DNA from: Carcharhinus amblyrhynchos
Lineage: Eukaryota
Direction: 5' to 3'
DNA length: 64,000 nt
Assembly (NCBI GenBank): GCA_965287045.1
Contig: OZ336888.1
Span: 15,934,001 to 15,998,000 of the forward strand
Both the position numbers and the translations under genes were made by a program. The notes under the pieces are model-generated. The model made no database searches, had not been told where the DNA came from, and saw only the letters and a program-made list of their open reading frames with translations. This document shows positions 24,801 through 39,800 of the stretch, piece after piece; positions within the stretch are counted from its first letter, which is position 1, and each line of letters begins with the position of its first letter.

Positions 24801-27800
24801 ATGGGGGGCCTCTGGGGAGGCCGGGGGACCCCGACTACTCTTCTTCTTCCTCTTTCCCCTCCTAACAGTCGTCCATCCTCCCTTCTCTTCAGCCCTTGAG
24901 ACCTCCTCCTGCTCATGGTTCCCAGCCATTATCTCCTCGTTCTCCCTGACTAGAAACGCATCTTCCAGCCGCCCCTCGAGTTGCCTGACCCGGGCCCTCA
25001 AGCGCTGCAGTTCTAAACATTTACTGCAGATGTGGACCTTGGGGACACGTGACACCACCAGGAACTCCCACATGTGGCACCTGACGCAACTCACATTCCT
25101 CCCTATATTCCCTACCATGTCCCAACCTCCTGTAAGTGCCCAAAGGTAGAAATCTGTCTCTCACCTTCTGTAAGCCTGCACTCGCCTCAGCCCAGCGAGC
25201 CAAAGCCTTTCTGAAATGTACAATAATGCATGGCTTGTCTGTGACTGAAAGGCCGAATGGAAAGCACCTCATTTGTAGACTAGCAGAACAACAGACTGTT
25301 TTATTTTGATTTGGCAGTATGGATAAACTTTGCTGGTGAAATGTATGTGCAGACAGACAGAAATAATTATTCCCTCCAACAGAATAAATTCAAAGCAGTA
25401 AATTTCAATATCATAATGAATTCCTGATTGGAAATGCCAGGGGATTTTTGAAAGACACACCTTATTCTTTGGAAAATAAATGATTTAGCCACTGTTAAAA
25501 CTTCATTTTCACTGGCAAATATTCTCCAAATAATTTTGGGAAAATTTAGTGCCACGTTTGCTGCCCCCATGTTGAAGTTTTTGTAGTTGCCTGAAAAGTA
25601 GCTGGTTTTTGCAGGCAACTTGGTTGAGGACCTGGTCTGAATGGTGAGTGCTGCATTTGTGGAGGAGAATGATTAATTTTGTAGTTTGCCTGCTCATATT
25701 TTCCTTTCTCCTTCGCAATGTGGAAGCATTTGCCACTTGAGGCTTTGAGTGACATAGTGATGCTAAGATGAACTAAAAATCTAGGGAAGCAGTCTCACCT
25801 TTGATGAGTAAATATTCTGTACAAATTCTGCTTCTCTTTAGGGCCAACACCATTCACAGGAACTGGAAGACCTACAACTTCAGAGACTACTGTCAGTGGT
25901 GAGTATTGTTTTTAGCATCCTCAGCATCTGAAATTAATTGATTTGATTGGTACATTAATATCGTTTCAAATTTGCTTGATTACATAGGGCCAACAGCAAT
26001 GACTCCATCAGGTGTACCAACTGTTCTTGAGAAAGCAATTACTGGTGAGTAGATCTCCTTACACATTATAACCTGATGATAGTTTTGAGCTCTTTGTAAT
26101 TTAATAATCTGCAGCATTTTTTCTGTTAACTTGGACCAGCAACAAATTGGATGATAATAACTCCCATTGTTTCGGAAACTGGGAGCAATGTTGGGCGTAT
26201 TAATTCACATTGTCATTATAATGTTTCAGAATCTTGAATAATTAGCTTCCGCAAGCAAACAACATTTGAAACTTGTGAAATTTAACTTTGTGTTGCTGAG
26301 AGCAGGTCAATGATATTGTTATTCCTTCAGTCAACATGCCTGAGGAACTGTTCTGAAGGGAATCCCCAGAATTTGAGTGAGGGAATTATTGCTGATCTCG
26401 AGAATGTTTATGGGTCATGTTTGATCCTTACAGAGGTGCAAGCATTTAATAGTTAAGAATTTGACTTATTCTTATGATTTGCTTATAATTAAACATTTCC
26501 TTGGGAATGAATTGTTGTCGTAGTGAATAAATGCTCTGTCCAAATGTCTGTGCTGTTTAGGGCCAACAAGAACTGCAGGAACTGGAGGACCAACCACTTC
26601 AGAGACCACCATCAGTGGTGAGTTTCAGTTTTATCGTACTCACCACATAAATTAATTTGTGTGCTTCATGGACTCATCTTGTTTCCAATTATCTCTGCTC
26701 CCTAGGCCCGATGGGAATGACTGTGACAGGTACACTTCCTGTTTCTGAGAGCAGAATTACTGGTGAGCAGAGCTTCTTTCATGTTATAAGCTGCTGTTAG
26801 TTTTGTGCTATTTGTGTTTCTTAACTCCACCATCGGCCTACAGTTGCGTTGGACCTGTTCCAGGTGGCAGGGCAGTCACTCAGCTAGTTTCTGAAACTGT
26901 GATTAACAATGATTGAATGTATCCTCAGTGCCATACGATGTTTGCAATGCCAAGGAGTCCCAGGGAAGGGACATGATGTTGGTGTGTCATTGCAGTATTT
27001 TCAATCCATTCAGATGGAAGGGTTTGAACGTGTACCAGTTGAGTTGCTCCCTATTGCTTTTGGTCAGCATCTTCTTGCATGAACGTGCTTGTTTTTGCTT
27101 GTGCTGAATGTAAAATGTTCAACAGATAGGAATTAGTGATTGTTTTATTTCAATTTTTGTACACATTTGCTTTTCAGTGCAGAAACTGTAAAGACATGCA
27201 TGTTGGTGTTTCACTTGCCTGCTAATTGATACATATTCATGTTGACACTGAAGGAGCTTTTCACTGAATGGAAATTGGAATAATAAATGCTCCCTGATAG
27301 AGTAGATGTCTTGCATTATCAATTATAATGTTTGAAAGTGGGCAGTGTTATTGAACATGATTATTGATCAAAATGTAGGTTGTGTCCGTGATATCCATGA
27401 ATGGCAGCATTTATGAATTTAAAAAGATAGTAAGGCAGACTGTCCAAACTTTAGTGAGCACTGGAAGATCCTGGTTTTGACATTGTGCATTGCTGGTTTG
27501 GAAGCTTATATTGAAATTTAATATTTAACACATTTTCATTTGCATTTTGAAGAGCTAGGATTTTGGTGCCATTGATTTTAGATCGCTAAATGCATTTATT
27601 CACATGAACGATGATTGATAAGGCATCAGGAGATTTGAGATGTACAGTAATGCGTGGTTTGTCTGTGACCGAAAGGCCGAATGGAAAGCACCTCATTTGT
27701 AGACTTGCAGAACTGTTTGTTTTATTTTGATTTGGCAGTATGGATAAACTTTGCTGGTGAAATGTATGTGCAGACAGACAGAAATAATTATTCCCTCCAA

Positions 27801-30800
27801 CAGAATAAATTGAAAGCAGTAAATTTCAATATCATAATGAATTCTTGATTGGAAATGCCAGTGGGATTTTTAAAAGACACGCCTTATTCTTTGGAAAATA
27901 AATGATTTGGCCACTGTTAAAACTTAATTTTCACTGGCAAATATTCTCCAAATAATTTTGGGAAAATTTGGTGCCGCATTTGTTGACGTCATGTTGAAGT
28001 TTTTGTAATTGCCTGAAAAATGGCTGGTTTTCGCAGGCAACTTGGTCGAGGACCTGGTCTGAATGGCAAGTGCTGCATTTGTGGAAGGGAATGACTAATT
28101 TTGTAGTTTGCCTACTGATATTTTCCTTTTTCATTCGCGATGTGGAACCACTTGCCACTTGAGGCTTTGACTGACATAGTGATGCTAAGATGAATTAAAA
28201 ATCTTGGGAAGCAATTTCACCGTTAATGAATAAATATTCTGTTAATAAATAATTCCTTGGAAATGAATTGCAGTAGTCGTTATTAAATGCTCTGTCCAAA
28301 TGTCTGTGCTGTTTAGGGCTAACAAGAACTGCAGTAACTGGAGGACCAACCACTTCAGGGACCACCATCAGCGGTGAGTTTCAGTTTTATTGTACTCACC
28401 ACATGAAATTAATTTGAGTGCTTCATGGACTCATCTTGTTTCATATTATTTCTGTTCCCTAGGACCAATGGGAATGACTGTGACAGGTACACTTCCCATT
28501 TCTGAGATCAGAATTACTGGTGAGCACAGCTTCTTTCATGTTAAATGCTGCTGTTGGTTTTGTGCTATTTGTCATTTGTAGCTCAACCATAAGTCTACAG
28601 TTATGTTGGAACTGCACGCGGGAGCAGGGCAGTCACTCAGATAGTTCCTGAACCTGTGATTAAGAATGATTGAATATATTCTCAGTGTCATATGATGTTT
28701 GCGATGCCAAGGTGTCCCAGGCAAGGGACATGTTGTTAGTGCTTCATTGCAGTTCACTGTATTTTCAGTCCATTCAGATGGAATTGATTGAATGTGTATC
28801 AGTTGAGTTGTTCCCTATTGCTTTTGTTAAGCATCTTCTTGGTTGAATGTCCTTGTTTTTGCTTTGTGGTGATGGTGAAACAGAAAGCAATTAGTGATTG
28901 CCTTCTTTCAGTTTTTGTATACATTTGCTTCTCAGTGCAGAAACTGTAAAGACATGCACGTTGGTGTTTCACTTGCCTGCTAATTGATGCATATTCGTGT
29001 TGACGCTGACGGAACTTTTCATTGAACGGAAGTTGAAATATTAAGTGCTACCTGACAGAGTAGATGTCTTGCATTATCAATTATAATGTTTGGAAAAGGA
29101 TAGTGTTATTGAATATGATTATTGATGAAAATGTAGGTTGTGCAATGTGACCATGAAGTCAGCTTGAGACTGTGAAAGGCAGCATTTATGAATTTAAAAA
29201 AAAAATAAGGCAGACTGTTCAAACTTTAATGAGCAGTCGTAGATCCTGATTTTGACATTCTGCATTGCTGTTTTGGAAGTGTATATTGAAACTTAAAATT
29301 TGATATATTTACATTTGTGTTTTGAAGAGGTAGGATTTTGGTGCTATTGACTTCAGATTGTTAAATCCATTTATTTGCATGAATGATGATCGATAAGGCA
29401 TCAGGAGATTTGAGATGTACAATAATGCATGGTTTGTCTGTGACCAAAAGACTGAATGGAATGCACCTCATTTGTAGACTTGTAAAATGACAGAGTCTTT
29501 TATTTTGGTTTGGCAGTATGATAGAGCTTGCTGATGAAATTTATATGCAGTCATAATTATTCCTTCCAACAGAATAAATTCAAAGCTGTAAATTTCAATA
29601 TCATAATGAATTCCTGATCAGAAATGCCATTTGTTCAGTGGGATTTTTGAAAGACAAACTTTATTCTTTGGAAAACAAATGATTTAGTCAGCTTTAAGAT
29701 TTCACTTTCACTGGCAAATAACATCCAAATAATTTTGAGAAAATTTAGTGCCACATTTGCTGTCCCCATGTTGAATTTTTTGTAATTGCCTGAAAAGTAG
29801 CTGGCTTTTGAAGGCAACTTGGTCAAGGAACTGTTCTGAATGGTAAGCACTGCATGTGTGGAAGGGAATGATTGATTTTATAGCTTGTGTATGGATATCT
29901 TCCTTTTTCCTTTGCAATGCGGATCAATTTGCCACTTGAGACTTTGACTGACATAATGATGCTAAGATGAATAAAAAACTTGGGAAACAATTGCATCGGT
30001 AGTGAATAAATATCCTGTACAAATTCCGCTTCTCTTTAGGATCGACAGCATTTACAGAAACTGGAAGACCTACAACTTCAGAGACTACTGTCAGCGGTGA
30101 GTGTTGTTTTTGCATCCTCGTCCCCTGCAATTAATTTATTTGACGGGTAGATTAATATTGTTTCAAATTTGCTCAATTACATAGGGCCAACAGCAATGAC
30201 TCCATCAGGTGTTCCAACTGTTTCTGTGACAGCAATTACTGGTGAGTAGATCTCCTTACAAATTATAACCCGATATTCATGTTGGGGAATTTGTAATTTC
30301 ATACTCTGCAGCATTTTTTCTGATACCTTGGACCAGCAACAGTGAGGATGATAGTAAATTCCATTGTTTTTGAAACAAAGATGGGTGTATTTACTCATTG
30401 TGACAATGATATTTCAGAGCCTTAAATAATTAGCTTTCGCACGCAAATAACATTGGAAACTTGTAAAATTTATTGTTGTATTGTTGAGAGCAGGCCAATG
30501 ATATTGTTGTTCCATCAGGCAACATGACTGAGGTACTGTTCTGAAGGCAAACCTCAGAATTGGAGTGAGGGAATTATTGCTGATATGCGAGATAGTACGA
30601 ATCAAACATGATCCATAAACTGAGATGCAAGGAATTCCTGGTTAAGAATTTGACCAAGATCATGTTGCTTATAACTAAACATTTCCTTGGAAATAGATTG
30701 CAGTAGTAGTACATAAATAATCCGTCCCAATTTTCATGCTGTTTAGGACCAAGAGGAACTGGAGGACCAACAACTTCAGAGACCACCATTAGTGGTGAGT

Positions 30801-33800
30801 TTCAGTTTATCATACTCACCACATGAAATTAATTTTTGTGCTTCCTGGACTAATGTTATTTCACATTATTTCTGCTCCTAGTCCCAGTGGCAATGACTGT
30901 GACCGGTACAGTTCCTGTTTCTGAGAGCAGAATTACTGGTGAGCAGAGCTTCTTTCTTGTTCAAAGTTGCTGTTGGTTTTTTGCTATTTGTGGTTTTTGG
31001 CTCAACCATACATCTACGGTTACATTGGAGCTGCACGTGGAAGCAGGGCAGTGACTCATAGTTTCCGAAACTGTGATTAACAATGACTGAATGTATTCTC
31101 AGTGCCATATGATGTTTGCGATGCCAGGGTGTCCCTGACAAGGGACATGTTGTTGGTGCGTCATTGCAGTTCACTATATTTTCAGTCCATTCATATCGTT
31201 GATTTTGAGTGTGTACCAGTTGAATTGTTCCATATTGCATTTTGTAAGCATCTTCATGTTAGCACGTGCTTGTTTTTGCTTTGTGGTGTTGGTAGAATGA
31301 TCAACGGATAGAAATTTTCATGAGCAGTCATAGATCCTGCTTTTGACATTCTGCATTGCTTTTTTTTTTAAATTGCTAAATTTAAAATTTAACATATTTT
31401 CATTTGTATTTGAAGAGCTAGGATTTTGGTGGTATTGACTTTATTCTCGTGAATGATGATCGATAAGGCATCTGGAGATTTGAGATGTACAATAATGCAT
31501 GGTTTGTCTGTGACTGAAAAGCCTACTGGAAAGCACCTCATTTGTAGACTAGCAGAATGACAGACTGTTTTATTTTGATTTGACAGTATAGATAAACTTT
31601 GCTGGTGAAATGAATGTGCAGAGAGACAGAAATAATTATTCCCTCCAACAGGATAAATTCAAAGCAGTAAATTTCAATATTGTCATGAATTCCTGATCGG
31701 AAATGCCAATGGGATTTTTGAAAGACACACCTTATTCTTTGGAAAATAAATGATTTAGCCACTGTTAAAATTTCATTTTCACTGGCAAATATTCTCCAAA
31801 TAATTCTGGGAAAATTTAATGCTAAGATGAATGAAAAATCTTGGGAAGCAATTTCACTGTGAATGAGTAAATATTCTCTACAAATTCTGCTTCTCTTTAG
31901 GGCCAACACCATTCACAGGAATTGGAAGACCTACAACTTCAGAGACTACTGTCAGTGGTGAGTATTGTTTTTAGCATCCTCGTCATCTGAAATTAATTGA
32001 TTTGATTGGTACATTAATATTGTTTCAAATTTGCTCGATTGCTTAGGGCCAACAGCAATGACTCCATCAGGTGTACCAACTGTTCCTGAGACAGCAATTA
32101 CTTGTGAGTAGATCTCCTCACACACCATAACCTGATGATAATTTTGAGCAATTTGTAATTTAATACTCTGCAGCATTTTTTCTGTTAACTTCGACCAGTA
32201 ACATCTCGGATCGTAGTAACTCTCATTGTTTCTGACACTGGGAGTAACGACGGGTGTATTAATTCACATTGTCACAATAATATTTCAGAATCTTGAATAA
32301 TTATCTTTCACATGCAAACAACATTTGAAACTTGTAAAACTTAATGTCATGCTGCCGAGAGCAGGTCAATGACATTGTTGTTCCTTCAGTCATCGTACCT
32401 GAGGAACTGTTCTGAAGGGAAACCTCGGAATTTGAGTGAGGGAATTATTGCTGATCTTGAGAATGTTTATGGTTCATGTTTGATCCTTACTGAGGTGCAA
32501 GCAATTACTGGTTAAGAATTTGATTAAGGTAATGGTGCTTATAATTAAACATTTCCTTGGAAATGAATTGCAATAGTAGTGAATTAATGCTCTGTCCAAA
32601 TGTCTATGCTGTTCAGTGCTAAGAAGAACTGCAGGAACTGGAGGACCAATCACTTCAGAGACCACCGTCAGTGGTAAGTTTCAGTTTAATCGTATTCATC
32701 ACGTAAAATTAATTCGTGGGCTTCATGGACTCACCTTATTTCATATTATCTCTGCTCCCTAGGCCCAATGGGAATGACTGTGACCGGCACACTTCCAGTT
32801 TCTGAGAGCAGAATTACTGGTGAGCAGAGCTTCTTTCATGTTATAAGCTGCTGTTAGTTTTGTGCTAGTTGTGATTTTTAACGCTACCCTGGGTCTACAG
32901 TTATTTTGGACCTGCACCAGGTACCAGGGCAGTCACTCAGATAGTTTCTGAGCCTGTGATTAAGAATGATTGAATGTATTCTCAGTGTCATACGATGTTT
33001 GCCATGCCAAGGTGTCCCAGGAAAGGGACATGTTGTTGGTGCATCATTGCCGTTCTCTGTATTTTCAGTCCATTCAGATGGAAGGGTTTGATTGTGTACC
33101 AGTTGAGTTGTTCCATGTTGCTTTTGATAAGCATCTTCCTGTTTGAATTTGCTTGTTTCTGCTTTGTGGTGATGGTAGAATTGTCAACAGATAGGAATTA
33201 TTGATTGCCATCTTTCAGTTTTTTTATACATTTGAACATAAGAACATAAGAACATAAGAAATAGGAGCAGGAGTAGGCCATCTAGCTCTTCAAGCCTGCC
33301 CCACCATTCAATAAGATCATGGCTGATCTGTCGTGGCTCAGTTCCACATTCCCGCCCTCTCCCCATAACCCTTAATCCCCTCTCTTATCAAAAACCCATC
33401 AACCCGCATCTTAAAAATATTTAGTGAGGTAGCCTCCACCACTTCAACGGGCAGAGAATTCCAGAGATTCACCACCCTTTGAGTGAAGAAGTTCCTCCTC
33501 AACTCTGTTCTAAACCGCCCCCCCTTTATCTTGAGGCTGTGCCCCCTAGTCCTATTATCCTTTCTGAGCGGGAAGAGTCTCTCCACCTCTATCCTATCCA
33601 TCCCATTCATCATCTTATACGTCTCAATGAGATCTCCCCTCATTCTTCTAAACTCCAACGAGTACAAGCCTAGTTTATTCAGCCTCTCCTCATAGCTCAA
33701 CCCCCTCAACTCCGGCATCAGCCTAGTAAACCTCCTCTGCACTCCCTCCAAGGCCAAAATATCCTTGCGTAAGTACGGCGCCCAAAACTGCACACAGTAC

Positions 33801-36800
33801 TCCAGCTGCGGCCTCACCAATGCCCTATACAGCCGCAGCAAGACCTCCCTACTTTTGTATTCAATCCCCCTCGCTATGAAGGCCAGCATCCCATTCGCCT
33901 TCCTGATCACATGCTGCACCTGCAAGCTGGGTTTTTGCAACTCATGCACAAGGACCCCAAGGTCCCTCTGCACCGTCGCCTGCTGCAGTTTTTTGCCACG
34001 TAAGTGATAATCCTTCCTACCAAAGTGGACCACATGCATGTCTCTTGCTAATTGATGCACATTCATGTGGACACTGAGAGAGCTTTTCATTGAGGGGAAA
34101 TTGGAATATTAAGTGCTTCCTGACAGAGTAGATGTCTTGCATTATCAATTCTAACGTTTTGAAGAGGATAGTGCTGTTGAATATGATTATTGATGAAAAT
34201 GTAGGTTGTGCAACGTGACTGTGAAGTCAGCTTGAGACTGTGAATGGCCGCACTTATGAATTAAAAAAAAAATAAGGCAGACTGTCCAAACTTTAATGAG
34301 CGGTCATAGAGGCTGGTTTTGACATTCTGCAATGCTGTTTTGGAAGCGTACATTGAAATTTAAAATTTGATATGTTTACATTTGTGTTTCGATGAGCTAG
34401 TATTTTGGTGCTATTGACTTCAGATCATTAAATCCATTTATTTGCATGAATGATGATCGATAAGGCATCAGGAGATTTGAAATGTACAATAATGCATGGC
34501 TTGTCTGTGACTGAAAGGCCGAATGGAAAGCACTTCATTTGTAGACTAGCAGAACGACAGACTGTTTTATTTTGATTTGGCAATATGGATAAACTTTGCT
34601 GGTGAAATGTATGTGCAGACAGACAGAAATAATTATTCCCTCCAACAGAATAAATTCAAAGCAGTAAATTTCAATATCTTAATGAATTCCTGATCATAAA
34701 TGCCAGTGGGAATTTTGAAAGACACACCTTATTCTTTGGAAAATAAATGATTTAGCCACTGTTAAAACTTTATTTTCACTGGCAAATATTCTCCAAATAA
34801 TTTGGGGAAAATTTAGTGCCACATTTGTTGACCCCCATGTTGAAGTTTTTGTAATTGCCTGAAAAGTAGCTGGTTTTTGCAGGCAACTTGGTCGAGGACC
34901 TGTTCTGAATGGTAAGCGCTGCATTTGTGGAAGGGAATGATTAATTGTGTAGTTTGCGTACCGGTGTTTTCCTTTTACCTTCGCAATGTGGAAGCATTTG
35001 CCACTTGAGGCTTTGACTGACATAGTGATGCTAAGATGAATTAAAAATCTTGGGAAGCAATTTCACCATTAATGAATAAATATTTTGTACAAATTCTGCT
35101 TCTCTTTAGGGCCAACGCCATTCACAGGAACTGGAAGACCTCCAACTTCAGAGACTACTGTCAGTGGTGAGTCTTGTTTTTAGCATCCTCGTCATCTGAA
35201 ATTAATTGATTTGATTGGTAGATTAATATTGTTTCAAATTTGCTCAATTACGTAGGGCCAACAGCAATGACTCCATCAGGTGTACCAACTGTTCCTGAGA
35301 CAGCAATTACTGGTGAGTAGATCTCCTTACACATTATAACCTGATGATAATTTTGAGTAATTTGTAATTTAATAATCTGCAGCATTTTTTCTGTTAACTT
35401 GGACCAGTAACACTTCAGATGATAGTAACTCCCATTGTTTCTGACACTGAGAGTAATGATGAGTGTATTAGTTCACATTGTCAGAATAATATTTCAGAAT
35501 CTTAAATAATAATCTTCCACAAGCAAGCAACATTTGAAACTTGTGAAATTTAACCTTATGTTGCTGAGAACAGGTCAATGATATTGTTATTCCTTCAGTC
35601 AACATTCCTGAGGAACTGTTGTGAAGGGAAACACGAGAATTTGAGTGAGGAAATTATTGCTGATCTCGAGCATGTTTATGGGTCATGTTTGATCCTTACT
35701 GAGGTGCAAGCAATTCCTGGTTAAGAATTTGGCTAAGATAACAATGCTTATAATTAAACATCTCCTTGGAAATGAATTGCAGTAGTAGTGAATAAATGCT
35801 CGTCCAAATGTCTGTGCTGTTTAGGGCCAACAAGAACTGCAGGAACTGGAGGACCAACCACTTCAGAGACCACCATCAGTGGTGAGTTTCAGTTTTATCG
35901 TACTCACCACATGAAATTAATTTGTGTGCTTCATGGACTCATCTTGTTTCCTATTATCTCTGCTCCCTAGGCCCAATGGGAATGACTGTGACAGGTACAC
36001 TTCCTGTTTCTGAGAGCAAAATTACTGGTGAGCAGAGCTTCTTTCATGTTAAGAGCTTCTGTTAGTTTTGTACTATTTGTGATTTTTAACTGTAGGCCTA
36101 CAGTTATGTTGGACCTGCACCAGGTAGCAGGGCAGTCACTCAGATAGTTTCTGAACCTGTGATTATGAATGATTGAATGTATTCTCAATGTCGTACGATG
36201 TTTGTGATGCTGAGGTGTCCCAGCTAAAGGACATGTTGTTAGTGCATCTTTGCAGTTCACTGTATTTTCAGTCCATTCAGATGGAAGGGGTGAATGTATA
36301 TCAGTTGAGATGTTCCATATTGCTTTTGGTGAGCATCTTTCTGTTTTGAATATGCTTTGTGTTGAATGTGAAATGGTCAACAGATAGGAATTAGTGATTG
36401 CTTTATTTCAATTTTTGTACGCATTTGCTTCTCAGTGCAGATACTGTAAACACATGCATGTTGGTGTTTCACTTGCCTGCTAATGGATGCATTTTCATGT
36501 TGACACTGAAGGAGCTCTTCAGTGAATGGAAATTGGAATAATAAATGCTCCCTGATAGAGTAGGTGTCTTGTATTATCAATTATAATGTTTGAAAGTGGG
36601 CAGTGTTATTGAATATGATTATTGATCATAAAGTAGGTTGTGTCCGTGATGTCCATGAATGGCAGCATTTATGAATTGAAGAAAATAGTAAAGCAGACTG
36701 TCCAAACTTTAATAAGCACTGGAAGATTCTGGTTTTGACATTCTGCATTGCTGTTTTGGAAGCATATATTGAAATTTAAAATTTAACATATTTTCATTTG

Positions 36801-39800
36801 TATTTTGAAGAGCTGGGATTTTGGTGCTATTGATTTTAGATCGCTAAATGCATTTATTCACGTGAACGATGCTTGGTAAGGCATCTGGAGATTTGAGATG
36901 TACAATAATGCATGGTTTACGTGTGACCGAAAAACCTACAAACTTTTTTGTAATTGCCTGAAAAGTAGCTGGTTTTTGAAAGAAACTTGGTCAAGGAACT
37001 GTTCTGAATGATGAGCACTGCACTTGTGGAAGGGAATGATTAACTTTGTAGTTTGTGAATGGATATTTTCGTTTTCTCTTCACAATGTGGAACCATTTGC
37101 CATGTGAGGCTTTGACTGACATAATGATGCTAAGATGAATAAGAAATCTTGGGAAACAATTGCATCAGTAATGAATAAATATTCTGTACAAATTCTGCTT
37201 CTCTTTAGGACCGACACCATTTGGAGGAACTGGAAGACCTACAACTTCAGAGACTACTGTCAGCGGTGAGTATTGTTTTTGGCATCCTCGTCATCTGAAA
37301 TTAATTTATTTGATGGGTAGATTAATATTGTTTCAAATTTGCTCTACTCCTTCGGGCCAACTGTAATGACTTCATCAGGTGTACCAACTGTTCCTGAGAC
37401 AGCAGTTACTGGTGAGTAGATCTCCTTGCATGTTCTAACCTGATATTAATTTCGAGCTATTTGTAATTTAATACTCTGCAGCATTTTTTCTCTTGAGTGA
37501 GAGAATTATTGCTGATCTGCGAGATAGTTTATGGGACATATTTGATCCTGACTGAGGTGCAAGCAAAACCTGGTTAAGAATTTGACTAAGATAATGTTAC
37601 TCATAACCAAACATTTCCTTGGAAATGAATTGCAGTTGTAGTGAATAAATACTCTGTCCAAAATCTGTACTGTTTAGGACCAACAATAACTGCAGGAACT
37701 GGAGGACCAACAACTTCAGAGACCACCGTCAGTGGTGAGTTTTGATTTTATCGTAACTGCCACATTAAATCAATTTGTGTGCTACGTGGACTAATGTTGT
37801 TTCATATTATCTCTGCTTCCTAGTGCCAATGGCAATGACTGCAACAGGTACACTCCCTGTTTCTAAGAGCAGAATTACTGGTGAGCAGAGCTTCTTTCAT
37901 GTTGTAAGCTGCTATTAGTTTTGTGCTATTTTTGATTTTTAACCCTACCGTAGGTCTATAGTTACGTTGGACCTGAATGAGTCAGTTGGGCAGTCCCTCG
38001 GATAGTTTCCGAAAATGTGACTAACAAGGATTGGATGTATTCTCAGTGTCATACAATGTTTATAAGGACATAAGAACATAAGAAATAGGAGCAGGAGTAG
38101 GCCATCTAGCCCTTCGAGCCTGCCCCGCCATTCAATAAGATCATGGCTGATCTGAAGTGGATCAGTTCCACTTTCCCGCTTTCTCCCCATAACCCTGAAT
38201 TCCCTTGTCTATCAAAAGCCTATCTACCCGTGACTTAAATATATTTCGTGAGGTAGCCTCCACCGCTTCAATGGGCAGAGAATTCCAGACATTCACCACC
38301 CTTTGAGTGAAGGAGTTCCTCCTTAACTCTGATCTAAATGCCCCACCCTTATCTTGAGGATGTGCATTCTCGTCCTGCTATCCTTTCTAAGCGGGAAGAA
38401 TCTCTCTACCTCTACCCTATCCATCCCCTTCATTATCTTATATGTCTCTATAAGATACCCCCGCATCCAAAATAAAGGACTCTATCATTCTGCAAATCTA
38501 CAAATGCACTCCATTCGGCCTTCCAGTCACAAACAAACCATGCATTATTGTACATCACAAATCTCCTGATCCCTTGCCAATCATCATTCATGCGAGTTAA
38601 TGGATTTAGCGATCTAAAGTCAATAGCACCAAAATCCTAGCTCTTCAAAATGCAAATGTAAATATGTCAAATTTTAAATTTCAATATATGCAGGTTATAT
38701 GGCATCCATGTTTGTGATGCCAAGGTATCCCTGGCAAGGGACATGTTGTTGGTGCATCTTGCAGTTCAGTGTATTTTCAGTCCATTCGGATGGTTTGAAT
38801 GTGTACCAGTTGAATTGTTCCATTTTGCTTTTGGTCAGCATCTTTTTGTTTGAATAGGCTTGTTTTTGCTTTGTCCTGATGGTAAAATAGTTAACAGGTA
38901 GGAATTAGTTATTTCTTTATTTCAGTTTTTCTACACATTTGCTTCTCAGTGCAGAAGCTGTAAACACATGCATTTGGTGCTTCACTTGCCTCACTGCTAT
39001 ATGATATATATTCATGTTGAGATGAAAGAGCTTTTCATTGAAGGAAAATTGGAATATTAAGTGCTACCTGACACAGTAGATGTCTTGCATTATCAATTAT
39101 AATATTCAGAAGAGGGCAGTGTTATTGAATATGATTATTAATGATAATGTAGGTTGTGCGGCATGCCCTGAAGTCAACTTGAGATCATGAAATGCAGCAT
39201 TTGTGAATTTGAAAAGATAATAATAAGGAAGACTTTGCAAACATTAATGAGCACTGTTACATCTGGTCTTGACATTCTGCAATTCTGTTTTAGAAGCGTA
39301 TATTGAAATTTAAAATTTGATATATTTACATTTGCATTTTGAAGAACAAGGATTTTGGTGCTGTTGACTTTAGATCGCTAAATCCATTTATTCACATGAA
39401 TGATGATTGGTATGGGATCAGGAGATTTGCGATGTACAATAATGCACGGTTTGTTTGTGACTGAAAGGCTGAATGGAAAGCATTTGTAGATTTGCAGAAT
39501 GACAGAGTCTTTTATTTTGGTTCAGCAGTGTGATAGACTTTGCTGGTGAAATTTATATGCAGACAGATAGTCATAATTATTCCTTTCAACAGAATAAATT
39601 CAAAGCTGTAAATTTCAATATCATAATGAATTCCTGATCAGAAATGCCATTTTTTCAGTGGGATTTTTGAAAGACAAACTTTATTCTTTGGAAAACAAAT
39701 GATTTAGTCAGCTTTAAAATTTCACTTTCACTGGCAAATAATATCCAAATATTTTTGAGAAAATTTAGTGCCACATTTGCTGCCCCCATGTTGAATTTTT

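Larger units (their letters stand above)
20831..25211 (-). mobile_element. Near full-length CR1-clade LINE (~4.4 kb)
   Basis: ORF1 + ORF2 (APE + RT) on the minus strand, 3' tail (ttctttg)n at 20831; interrupts the intron motif ggagattt|gaaatgtacaat. Confidence 0.95.

Noticed and set aside
24406-25149. 247-aa plus-strand ORF and other plus-strand ORFs within the LINEs
   Set aside because: Antisense shadows of CR1 ORF1/ORF2 with no recognisable motifs.
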